Positions 1-9,245 of a stretch of 64,000 nt of DNA are shown piece after piece (the first letter of the stretch is position 1; the number at the start of each line of letters is the position of its first letter). The DNA comes from Sedimentisphaerales bacterium (GTDB taxonomy: Bacteria > Planctomycetota > Phycisphaerae > Sedimentisphaerales > SM23-30). The notes below the pieces were generated by a model. The model was not told the origin of the DNA and did no database searches. It worked only from the letters and a program-made list of their open reading frames with translations. Where the stretch lies: the NCBI GenBank assembly GCA_963663965.2, contig CAXXFK010000029.1:32001-96000 (forward strand), in the 5' to 3' direction. The translations under genes were made by a program, and so were the position numbers.

Positions 1-1367
1 CGTTCCCCGCCGGATAAATTGGCTATTTTTTTATTGATATCCTCATCTTTAAACAGGAAACGGGCCAGAATACCCAATACCTTTTCGTGGGATACATCGG
101 GAATGGAGAACAATTCTTCGTAAACGGTGTTGTCTCCGGTCAGGACTTCCTGCTGCTGAGAACAGTAACTCATTGACAAACTGGGTCCGATGCGAATGGT
201 TGAGCCTTCCCAGCGTCCGGATTGGACGATATCCCGTAAAAATGAAGTTTTACCACAACCATTGGGTCCAACCAGCGCCCAGCGTTCACTGCCGGCAATT
301 TCGAAGGAGATATTTTTTAATAAGTCCAAATTGCCGAAAGACTTACTGTAGTTATTGACCTGCAGAGCGATATCGGCGCGGGTTTTTTCGGCCTGTAAAT
401 TAATGGAAACGGATGCAGGAGCGGATTGTGGCGCGTCAATTAAACGGGAACGTTCGCGCTCCAGCTGGGTGCGTCTGGATTTCAGTCTTTTGCCCCAGGA
501 CTGGTCGCTGGCATGGCCCTGGGCTATATCCGCAAATTTCTGGACCAGGGATTCCAGATGGGCGACGCGTTGCCGCTGGGCTTCGTATTGGGATTGCTGG
601 GCCTCCAGTTTTTCCTGTTTGAGTTGGCGATATTGGGTGTAATTGCCGGGCCAAAAGGAGGTTTGGCCCTGTTCGAGTTCCAGAATGTGATCGACGACCC
701 GGTCCAGCAGGTAGCGATTGTGGGAGACAATCAACAGGCTGCCACGAAACCGTTGTAAAAAATCATCGAGCCAGGCTAAACCCAGGAAATCCAGGTGGTT
801 GCCGGGTTCGTCCAGGATCAGCAGGTTGGGTTCCGCCAGCAGCGCCGACGCCATTCCCAGGACATTCTGTTCGCCTCCCGACAGTAGCCGGACGGGGTGT
901 TCCCGCCGATTGGCCAGGCCGATCCCTTCCAGCATGGCTTCGGCTCGGGCTTTGAAATGGTCTCCGTTGATTTTATCCCAGTCATCCCGGATGGCCTGAT
1001 ATTTTCTTAACAGGCGGGCGGATTTTTCGCTGTCGTCGTGCGGATCGTGGGAAACTTCCAGTTCTATGGCCCGTAATTGGTCCTGAAGCTGATGATAATC
1101 ATCCAAAAGATGTTCCATAACCGTATGATCATCATCATATTCGGTATGCTGGGCCACGTAACCGATACGTACATTCTGGGCAGTAAAGACCTTGCCGGAA
1201 TCGGGTTTGATCTGGCCGGTTAAAATTTTTAACAGGGTGGTTTTGCCGCAGCCGTTGGCGCCGATCAGTCCCACTTTCTGATTGGCGTTCAGTTCGAAGG
1301 AGACATTGTTCAGGACATCGCGGCCCTGATAATGTTTGGTAATGGAGTTGAAGACAACCTGTGCCAT
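1..1367 (-). CDS. ABC-F family ATP-binding protein (3' end outside window)
   Basis: Manual translation from ATG at 1367: MAQVVFNSITKHYQGRDVLNNVSFELNANQKVGLIGANGCGKTTLLK (Walker A), LSGGEQN signature, LLILDEPGNHLD Walker B, linker, second Walker A GANGCGKT near 280; no TM segments. Confidence 0.9.
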   Translation of the reverse strand, partial: MAQVVFNSITKHYQGRDVLNNVSFELNANQKVGLIGANGCGKTTLLKILTGQIKPDSGKVFTAQNVRIGYVAQHTEYDDDHTVMEHLLDDYHQLQDQLRAIELEVSHDPHDDSEKSARLLRKYQAIRDDWDKINGDHFKARAEAMLEGIGLANRREHPVRLLSGGEQNVLGMASALLAEPNLLILDEPGNHLDFLGLAWLDDFLQRFRGSLLIVSHNRYLLDRVVDHILELEQGQTSFWPGNYTQYRQLKQEKLEAQQSQYEAQRQRVAHLESLVQKFADIAQGHASDQSWGKRLKSRRTQLERERSRLIDAPQSAPASVSINLQAEKTRADIALQVNNYSKSFGNLDLLKNISFEIAGSERWALVGPNGCGKTSFLRDIVQSGRWEGSTIRIGPSLSMSYCSQQQEVLTGDNTVYEELFSIPDVSHEKVLGILARFLFKDEDINKKIANLSGGE

Positions 1368-1378
1368 AAATTTAGTAT

Positions 1379-1402
1379 AAAAAAAGGGGTAAAAATACCC
1401 CT
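1379..1402 (-). terminator. Probable intrinsic terminator after HzsA-like gene
   Basis: Stem AGGGGTA/TACCCCT (1385-1391, 1396-1402) followed by T-run on the minus strand. Confidence 0.6.
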
Positions 1403-1440
1403 GAAGTTGGTTAAATCTGGTAAATAAGTCAGATTACGGT

Positions 1441-4014
1441 TTAATGATTTTGAGCCATTCTGGTCTGAAATTCAAGAAAATCCCGGATATTTTTCATTTC
1501 TTCCTCTGCCAGACGTTGGCGTTTGTTGAGAAAATGGTCATATTTTTGCTTTTCGGCATCATCCCAGGCGTTGGCTTCGCGATAGTCGCCGCAGTATGGA
1601 ACCAGCAGATCGATCCAGCAGGCGATTTTGTCCATTTCTTCCTGGTTCAGGTGGACGCCCTGGTGGTTATTGGCCAGCAGGGGGATCAGTTCGCTGACGG
1701 CCGCGCCCCGGTAATAGGGTTCAATCGGGGCGGGTATTGACTGGACTTCCAGCCAGTTAACGATTCGATTCATGCGGCCATCCTGGGTGAGAGCCAGGTA
1801 GGAATCGCTCCAATAACGCTTTGAGTCGGGATCGAGATTGTCGTTGCCGGCCAAACTAAAGGCAGACAGGGTTTGGCCTTGCGCGTCCGGGACAGGTTGT
1901 TTTCTGCGGGCAAACGCATTGAATTTTTGATTGGAGTCGTTATGGCAGGAGATACAATGCTTATCCCAGATGGGTTGAATTTCTTTGGGGTAGCTGAAAC
2001 CTCGTGGTTCACCGTAAAAGTGTTGCAGTGGTTGGGTGCCCTTTAACATGGCGGCAGTTTTACCGGAATAGTTGGGAGGGGTTGAGTTTTTATGTTCATG
2101 GCAGCCGACACAGGAAAGTGATTCACCCGGTTGCAGCGTGGACCAGCTTCTCATGGTCTGGATGGCATGCCCATTTTTGTCAATGGCCTGGAAGTAGACG
2201 GGCGTGCGTGCCGGGACTTCGAAGCAGGCAGAACCATCTTCATAGACGGGGGTTTCACCCAAAACGATTTTGACATCCCAGGCACCGTTACGACAGGAGA
2301 CGGGTGTACTGGATAAGGCTCCACCGCCGGGGCCACTACTGCCATTCTGTCCGATACCCGCGGCGCGGAAATCCAGGGTAATGACGCGCAGTTTTTTGAC
2401 GGTACCCGGAGTAATACCATTCAGCGCCGGGCCGGCGTAGATGTTCTGCATATAATAGGTGCCAGTTTTTTTTGTATAATCAACTTGGGACGGTCTGATA
2501 ATGGGTCGTCCCCTGGATTTGACCGGGATGGGTTGATTACAGGATATGGCTGGATCATAGGCCAGCAGTTCACGTTTGCCATCAATATTCATCCAGTAAA
2601 TACCAAAGGATCGGGTATATTGACGGTTGCCCATATCGTAGGGGCAATAGGTGACGAGAAATTCGGATTCCGACAGGGGGTATGGGTATTGAAATTGATC
2701 GCCATCCTGACCGTAGGCATCGATTTTCACGGCCTGGGTATCGCGGATTGGGGCGATGAGCTGGACGCCTTCGGCTTCCTGGCGTCCTTTGGAGGGATCG
2801 ATAATGGCGAGTTTGCCGCGTTGATGGGAATGGTGGCCGGTTAAAATAGCGATCAGTCTGGGACTGTCCGGGATGCTGCGGGCATGAATAATCGTGGTGG
2901 GGAACCAGGAATTGTTGCCATAGAATTCCATCTGGCCGGTGCCGTCCTGATTCATCTGGAACAGCGGCTGGGGGTAAATCTGGCCGCGATCATTATAATC
3001 CCAGCGGGTGTAGATGATCTGGCCTTTGTTGGTTACGGTTGGAAAATTGGTGTGGACCTGATCGAATCCCAGGCGTCTGAGAAAGCGACCGTTATCATCA
3101 CAGGTATAAAGATTACTGACTTCGGTCCACCAGCAATCGACAATCTGCACGCAGCGAGTGGAGTTGAATATAATATTGTCATCGGGAAGATAACACCCTT
3201 CATAATCGCTGACTCCCAGACCATCAGTAAGTTGGCGAATCTGGCCGTTTGACAGGGTGTATTCATAGAGATGATAATCATCCTGGCGATCATCCTTTTT
3301 CCAGGCGAACAGTATCCGTTGTCCATCCCAGGAGATGTCCGGATCACGGATAACTCCGTGTTGATCGGTCAGCAGGGGGCGGATACTGACCTGGGTATTA
3401 TTGACTTTCAGCAGGCAGAGTTCGCTGCCGGGCTGGAAATGTCTTTCGGCCTGGGCGTCGGATTGGCCTTCGGTATAGGCGTAATGGGAGCCTCCAATAT
3501 TATAATGTTTGGTAAAGACAATTTGCGGGGCGGATTCGGATAATGACTGGATACGATTATAGCGCCGTTCCAGGCAGGCGGTCTGGTAGAGTTCGAGCAA
3601 GGCTCTTTCATCCTGATTTTCATCGTTACCGAGCGCCTGGTCGATCTGGCGAATCAGATCGGGATTTTTGATCTCTGGTTTAACGGATTTGAGTAGGGAT
3701 TTTAAAACCGGCAGGCTGTCATCCGCAGCAAACCAGGCGGAAAAATTCATGTGAGTATCTTGAAGGAACCAGTCCCATTCCATTGGGAAGGCATCTTCGA
3801 TGAGGCGGGAAAGTTGAGAGATGGCCTGGCCGGCCCGCTCTGTCATTTTATGGTTATCCCGATATCGGTTGCGGTTGGCTACCATGGTATCGGTCCAGGT
3901 GGTGCCTTTGGCAAATTTCAGGTCCTGATTTGAAATTCGCTGGGCGTGTGCCGTGGAAAACAGACATGTGGTGAGGGTCAGGAACAGGCAGGAGAGTATT
4001 TTAGTATTTTTCAT
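1441..4014 (-). CDS. Secreted hydrazine-synthase-alpha-related (HZS_alpha middle domain) beta-propeller protein with c-type heme motifs
   Basis: Signal peptide; TolB/WD40-like repeats (DPDISWDGQRILF); EDGSACFEVPARTPVYFQAIDKNG..MRSW..LQPGE; two CxxCH (CVGCH, CISCH). Confidence 0.8.
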   Translation of the reverse strand: MKNTKILSCLFLTLTTCLFSTAHAQRISNQDLKFAKGTTWTDTMVANRNRYRDNHKMTERAGQAISQLSRLIEDAFPMEWDWFLQDTHMNFSAWFAADDSLPVLKSLLKSVKPEIKNPDLIRQIDQALGNDENQDERALLELYQTACLERRYNRIQSLSESAPQIVFTKHYNIGGSHYAYTEGQSDAQAERHFQPGSELCLLKVNNTQVSIRPLLTDQHGVIRDPDISWDGQRILFAWKKDDRQDDYHLYEYTLSNGQIRQLTDGLGVSDYEGCYLPDDNIIFNSTRCVQIVDCWWTEVSNLYTCDDNGRFLRRLGFDQVHTNFPTVTNKGQIIYTRWDYNDRGQIYPQPLFQMNQDGTGQMEFYGNNSWFPTTIIHARSIPDSPRLIAILTGHHSHQRGKLAIIDPSKGRQEAEGVQLIAPIRDTQAVKIDAYGQDGDQFQYPYPLSESEFLVTYCPYDMGNRQYTRSFGIYWMNIDGKRELLAYDPAISCNQPIPVKSRGRPIIRPSQVDYTKKTGTYYMQNIYAGPALNGITPGTVKKLRVITLDFRAAGIGQNGSSGPGGGALSSTPVSCRNGAWDVKIVLGETPVYEDGSACFEVPARTPVYFQAIDKNGHAIQTMRSWSTLQPGESLSCVGCHEHKNSTPPNYSGKTAAMLKGTQPLQHFYGEPRGFSYPKEIQPIWDKHCISCHNDSNQKFNAFARRKQPVPDAQGQTLSAFSLAGNDNLDPDSKRYWSDSYLALTQDGRMNRIVNWLEVQSIPAPIEPYYRGAAVSELIPLLANNHQGVHLNQEEMDKIACWIDLLVPYCGDYREANAWDDAEKQKYDHFLNKRQRLAEEEMKNIRDFLEFQTRMAQNH

Positions 4015-4087
4015 CCGGATTGTATTTATTTTACATATCGATAATATAATAACTTAGCGTAAAGGCCACTTATGAAACTATGTATCT

Positions 4088-5068
4088 ATGAGGACTATTT
4101 TGTCGATTGAAATTGAAAAAGCACCAGTTAAAACGACTGTATCTATGCGATATTGCAATAGTTATAGCAATATCGCCACAGTATTGGACCGCCTGTTAGT
4201 TGATCTGGGTGGATTAGAGCGGTATATCAGTCCGGGAGACCGGGTATTGATCAAGCCTAATCTTATCGCGCCGATGGCTTTGGAGGTGCCAGCCCAAACT
4301 CATCCAAGTTTGATTATGGCGGTGGTTCATAAGGTTCGGGAGCTGGGGGCCGTGCCATTTGTTGGAGATTCACCCGCATGGGGGACGCTGGAGGATTGTC
4401 TGAAAAAACTTGGGATCTTTGATGAGTTGAAGCAGGCAGGGGTAGAAGTGGTGCCTTTTAAACAGAACTGCCGGTTCCAGTTTACCGATGGCGCAGTTAA
4501 TCTCAGTACGGACGCTTTGGAGGCGAACGCGATTATCAATCTACCTAAGATGAAGGCGCACCAGCAGTTATCGGCGACTATCGCCATTAAGAATATGTAT
4601 GGTTGTGTAACAGGGAAGGAAAAGGCCTACTGGCATTTTCGGAGAGGGCGGTCCTATTTTCGATTTTGCCGGATGCTGATCGAGATCTATGAGAAACTGG
4701 CGCCAGTTTTGACGATTGTGGATGCGGTAGAGGCCATGCAGGGTAAGGGGCCATTGCGAGGGACAGGTTATCCTGCGGCCAGATTGGTGGGAGGCAGGGA
4801 TCCGATTGCGTGTGAACTGGTATTGAGCGGCCAGTTGGGAATCGATCCGGAACTGTTGCCGATCCATCAGGCGTGGCGGAAGACCGGGCGACCTTATTAT
4901 AAGATGAGTGACATTAATGTTTTAAGTGATGTTAAAGGTCAGGATTATGAAAGCGAATTTGAAATGCCGGAACAGATCCCGTTGCATTTTTCATTTACTC
5001 ATATTGTTCGGAGTGTTGCCAGGCAGGCCTGGATACGGGTTAAAGGGCGGCGTGTAAAGGGATTATAA
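4088..5068 (+). CDS. DUF362 domain protein
   Basis: GDRVLIKPN, THP, VGDSP, IINLPKMKAH, KNMYG, DPIA motifs; no C-terminal ferredoxin. Confidence 0.85.
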   Translation: MRTILSIEIEKAPVKTTVSMRYCNSYSNIATVLDRLLVDLGGLERYISPGDRVLIKPNLIAPMALEVPAQTHPSLIMAVVHKVRELGAVPFVGDSPAWGTLEDCLKKLGIFDELKQAGVEVVPFKQNCRFQFTDGAVNLSTDALEANAIINLPKMKAHQQLSATIAIKNMYGCVTGKEKAYWHFRRGRSYFRFCRMLIEIYEKLAPVLTIVDAVEAMQGKGPLRGTGYPAARLVGGRDPIACELVLSGQLGIDPELLPIHQAWRKTGRPYYKMSDINVLSDVKGQDYESEFEMPEQIPLHFSFTHIVRSVARQAWIRVKGRRVKGL

Positions 5069-5583
5069 TCGCCGGGGGGTCTTGTCTGAAGATAGTTTTG
5101 GTGGTTTTGGGTGAATCAGCGCCGGTTCGTTAGATGGGCAGGGGTTTCCGCCAGGTGGCGGGTGGTTTGGTGGGATTGACTGGGTGACTTTGGTCTTACA
5201 GACCTATTGTTTATTAACAATCCACGAAATATAAATCAGTCATAAAAAAGGGTGTATTTATAAATTTAATATGAATATTAAAGATAGGATAAATGGGACA
5301 CAGGAAACGGATGGGAGTTTAAGAGATTGATTAACAGGTGGTTATGATGGGATTGGGCGAAAGGTAGCATTTATGACAGAGGGGTGGGGTTCTGATTCGT
5401 GAACTTGCAGCCATCGGGGAAAGGTTGTGGCAACAGGATAGGATATCAATATAGAGTTATTACTGAATGATGGTCAGGGTGGAAATCAGGCAAGCAAAAA
5501 TGGATCTGGCCGTTTTATTCATGAAGTGATTAAAAGCGTCTGTTCATGCGGTATTTTGAGTGAAATTGTGATTCAGGAGACTG

Positions 5584-6858
5584 ATGATGAGGAAGCAGCT
5601 GTTTTTCGTTGTATTGGGGATGGTGATCTTTTTTTGGGGGTTTTGCAGCGCGACAGCCGTCGGGGAATTGATAGCAGATGAAAGGCAGAGTGATGGGAGG
5701 TATGGGTTAGACCCTGATAATCCGGAGGATTACTCCAAGTTGTTTGTGACGGTCTGGGATACTACGCTTGGACCGGGTGCGACGGTCTGCCTGGGGTTGG
5801 CCGGTAAGGTAGATGCTACCATCGATTGGGGGGATGGTACTTTTGCGGTGGTGACTTCGCCGGGACCACATGTTCATGACTATGGGATTGATGGGGTCTA
5901 TACCGTTTCGGTGGCGGGTAGCGTCAGCGCCTATAACAGTATGCAACACGGGGGAATGAAGTCTGAACGCGCCAAGTTGATCCGAGTGGAAAACTGGGGG
6001 CGACTGGGTTTTACCAGCATGCGATATGCTTTCTTAGCTTGCTCGAACCTTACCTGGGTACCACCAGTATCGGATGGGATTGAAGCCGTTACTGACATGT
6101 CTTATATGTTTACTAGTGCAGTAACTTTTAATCAGGATATCGGCCAATGGGATACTTCCAAAGTTACTGATATGAGTTGGATGTTTGCCGGGGCGTTGGC
6201 GTTTAATCAGGATATTGGTAATTGGGATACTTCGAGTGTAGCGTTTATGAATAAAATGTTTTTTCGTGCGGGCTCATTTAATCAGGATATTGGGAGATGG
6301 GACACTTCAAACGTCATGGATATGATTGCGATGTTTTCCTATGCAGAGACATTCAACCAGGATATCGGGAAATGGGACACATCGAATGTCAAGAACATGA
6401 TTGGTATGTTTTTTCATGCAGAGGCATTCGATCAGGATATTGGGAGATGGGACACTTCAAATGTCATGGATATGATTGCGATGTTTTCCTACGCAGAAAC
6501 ATTCAACCAGGATATCGGAAAATGGGACACATCCAGAGTAGCGAACATGAAGGATATGTTTAACTATGCGAAGTCATTTAATCAGGATATTGGGAACTGG
6601 AATACCTCCAATGTCACGGACATGAGTAACATGTTTTCTCATGCAGAGGCGTTCAATCAAGATATCGGAAAATGGGACACCTCGAATGTCAGGTATATGT
6701 ACGGAATGTTTCAAGAGGCGGCCTCATTCAATCAGGACTTATACCGATGGTGTGTTAATCATATCCCATTTGAGCCGTCTGGTTTCGAGTTCGGCGCGAC
6801 CAACTGGACACAACGGCGGCCCAGATGGGGCGCCTGGCCGGCTTTTATACCACGCTAG
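5584..6858 (+). CDS. DUF285/BspA-like repeat surface protein, 5' part of a split gene
   Basis: Signal peptide, PKD-like IDWGDG module, 25-aa repeats FNQDIGxWDTSxVxxMxxMF. Confidence 0.85.
   Translation: MMRKQLFFVVLGMVIFFWGFCSATAVGELIADERQSDGRYGLDPDNPEDYSKLFVTVWDTTLGPGATVCLGLAGKVDATIDWGDGTFAVVTSPGPHVHDYGIDGVYTVSVAGSVSAYNSMQHGGMKSERAKLIRVENWGRLGFTSMRYAFLACSNLTWVPPVSDGIEAVTDMSYMFTSAVTFNQDIGQWDTSKVTDMSWMFAGALAFNQDIGNWDTSSVAFMNKMFFRAGSFNQDIGRWDTSNVMDMIAMFSYAETFNQDIGKWDTSNVKNMIGMFFHAEAFDQDIGRWDTSNVMDMIAMFSYAETFNQDIGKWDTSRVANMKDMFNYAKSFNQDIGNWNTSNVTDMSNMFSHAEAFNQDIGKWDTSNVRYMYGMFQEAASFNQDLYRWCVNHIPFEPSGFEFGATNWTQRRPRWGAWPAFIPR
6281..6533 (+). repeat. Recent intragenic duplication with 150-nt period
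   Basis: 6281-6383 vs 6431-6533: 99/103 identical, all four differences synonymous. Confidence 0.9.
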
Positions 6859-8594
6859 GACCGGGCACCACGGTAAGCCTGGGATTGGCCGGTGAGGTGG
6901 AGGCTGCCATCGATTGGGGCGATGGAATTATTGAGGATGTGACGACGGCCGGACCGCATGTTCATGACTATCACGTCGATGGGATATATTCCGTTTATGT
7001 CAGTGGCCATATAGCGGGGTATAACAGCCACGATCATGGCGGCGATGCGGGTGAGCGAGCCAAGCTGGTCAAGGTCGCCAACTGGGGAGGGGTGGGTTTT
7101 ACCTGTCTGAATAACGCATTCGAAAACTGCGTTAATCTGGTTTCAATACCGACTGATTCGTCTAAGATCAGGGCAGTAACCGATATGAGCCGCATGTTCG
7201 CGGAGGCATCGTCGTTTAATCAGGATATCAGGTGGTGGAATACTTTAAATGTTACCGATATGAGTGAGATGTTCGCCGGGGCGTTAGCGTTCAATCGGGT
7301 CATCGGGGATTGGGATACCTCGAACGTTACTGATATGAGCGGGATGTTTGCTGGTGCATCGGCATTTAATCAGGACATCGGGAGGTGGGATACACTCAGT
7401 GTGACCACGATGAGCGGGATGTTTGCCGGGGCGTCGGCATTTAATCAGGATATCGGGGATTGGGATACATTCAGTGTCATCGATATGAAGCATATGTTCG
7501 ATGGGGCGGAGGCCTTTAATCAAGACCTGTCGAAATGGAATGTTAAGAAGATCGTTTCCAGGCCGGAGCATTTCGATCGGGGCGCTATTCAGTGGGTCCG
7601 GGCGGAGTCCCGGCCACAATGGGGGGGTGATGCTTCCTTTTTTGTGACCACGTGGGATACGAGCCTGGGAGCGGGCGCGACGGTCAGCCTGGGGCTCGCG
7701 GGGAGGGTACACGCGATTATCGACTGGGGGGATGGTACGCTGGAAACTGTTCGAGCGGCCGGGCCGCATATCCATGATTATGGGAACGATGGTGTGTATG
7801 TCGTTTCGGTTACGGGCAGAGCGACGGCGTATGACAGTCTGCATCATGGCGGGGAAGCGTCCGAGCGCGCCAAGTTGATCCGCGTCGATCAATGGGGCGA
7901 CTCGGGTTTTACGTGTTTGAGTTTTGCCTTTCATAGCTGTACTCATCTGGTTAGCGTTCCGAATACTATGGAGGGGATTGAAGCGGTGACGGATATGCGA
8001 TATCTGTTTGCGCTGGCCTCGGCGTTTAATGGGGATGTTAGCCGTTGGGATACTTCGAAGGTTACTAATATGAGCGGGCTGTTCCATGGCGCGGCCTCGT
8101 TTAACCGGGATATCGGCGGATGGGATACCTCCCGCGTTACCGATATGAACCGGATGTTCTGTGAAGCGGTGGCCTTTAACCGGGATATCAGCCGCTGGGA
8201 TACTTCCGGTGTTACCAATATGTATATGATGTTCGCAGGCGCGGAGGCTTTTAATCAGGATATCGGTGGCTGGGATACTGCCAGGGTCGCCGATATGGGG
8301 GCGATGTTTTCGAAGGCCCGGTCTTTTAACCAGGATATTGCCGGGTGGGATACCTCCAGAGTCAAGCTGATGTTTTCCATGTTTTTGGAGGCCTCATCAT
8401 TTAACCAGGATATCGGCGGGTGGGATACCTCGCATGTCAACAATATGAACTGGATGTTCAAAAACGCCGCTTCGTTCGATCAGGACCTGTCCGGGTGGCG
8501 CGTGCATTGGATAGCGGCTGAACCGATCGGTTTTGACAGCAATGCGGCGAGTTGGGTATTACCACGGCCGCGGTGGGGGGGCGGCCGTGAGTGA
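6825..8594 (+). CDS. DUF285/BspA-like repeat surface protein, 3' part (two further IDWGDG+repeat modules), frameshifted relative to the 5' part
   Basis: Same modules; no signal peptide; junction at 6846/6847 lacks 13 nt relative to the sister modules. Confidence 0.8.
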   Translation: MGRLAGFYTTLGPGTTVSLGLAGEVEAAIDWGDGIIEDVTTAGPHVHDYHVDGIYSVYVSGHIAGYNSHDHGGDAGERAKLVKVANWGGVGFTCLNNAFENCVNLVSIPTDSSKIRAVTDMSRMFAEASSFNQDIRWWNTLNVTDMSEMFAGALAFNRVIGDWDTSNVTDMSGMFAGASAFNQDIGRWDTLSVTTMSGMFAGASAFNQDIGDWDTFSVIDMKHMFDGAEAFNQDLSKWNVKKIVSRPEHFDRGAIQWVRAESRPQWGGDASFFVTTWDTSLGAGATVSLGLAGRVHAIIDWGDGTLETVRAAGPHIHDYGNDGVYVVSVTGRATAYDSLHHGGEASERAKLIRVDQWGDSGFTCLSFAFHSCTHLVSVPNTMEGIEAVTDMRYLFALASAFNGDVSRWDTSKVTNMSGLFHGAASFNRDIGGWDTSRVTDMNRMFCEAVAFNRDISRWDTSGVTNMYMMFAGAEAFNQDIGGWDTARVADMGAMFSKARSFNQDIAGWDTSRVKLMFSMFLEASSFNQDIGGWDTSHVNNMNWMFKNAASFDQDLSGWRVHWIAAEPIGFDSNAASWVLPRPRWGGGRE

Positions 8595-9245
8595 GGATTT
8601 GAGGAAGGTAATTGTTGTGGTCATGGTTAGTTATGTCTTTTACTTCCGGCGTGAAATCCTGACGATAGCGGTTCGGGGAGGGAGTTGTGGGATATTTTTA
8701 AACACAGATAATCGTTAATACCCAATCCACTGTATGGGTAAAACAAATTTGCCCATTCTGATGCTCATTCGAGTCAGGCCTGATAAAAGTCTTTATCTAA
8801 AAGAGGAAAAGTTGTAAATATTTCTGATTAAAAACCGTGATTATCCCTGGTTTTTCCGGATTTCACCAACACAAATCCAATGCAATGTTTCATTTTCATG
8901 AGAAAACAAAATATCAGATTTTTTTTAAAAAATGTGGTCTTTTTTATATTCATCGAGTATAATACACTAAGAAAACTTTCCCCAGACTAATATTTCACTC
9001 AAACAAAACCGCCTGCTGTCGCTTCTGCTGGTCACCCGATCAGTTTTGACGGCGTATCGTTTCAGGTGCGTGCAGACCTCTATCTGCAGTCGATACGATT
9101 TTTATTCCAATACAATAACAGAGGAAGTCTATAGAAATCGTTGGAGCTGATGCTCCAACCAGAACATTAAGATATGGGTTTCCAACCCAATGATTCCTGA
9201 TAGTATCGTTTCGCGACAAATAAAGATCAAATTTTAGGGGCCAGG

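Noticed and set aside
1441..4014. Evidence for anammox metabolism
   Set aside because: No hzsB/hzsC or hao genes nearby; surrounding content is saccharolytic
6100..8500. 75-nt periodic repeats as a CRISPR array
   Set aside because: In-frame coding DUF285 repeats with synonymous variation; no cas genes in the window
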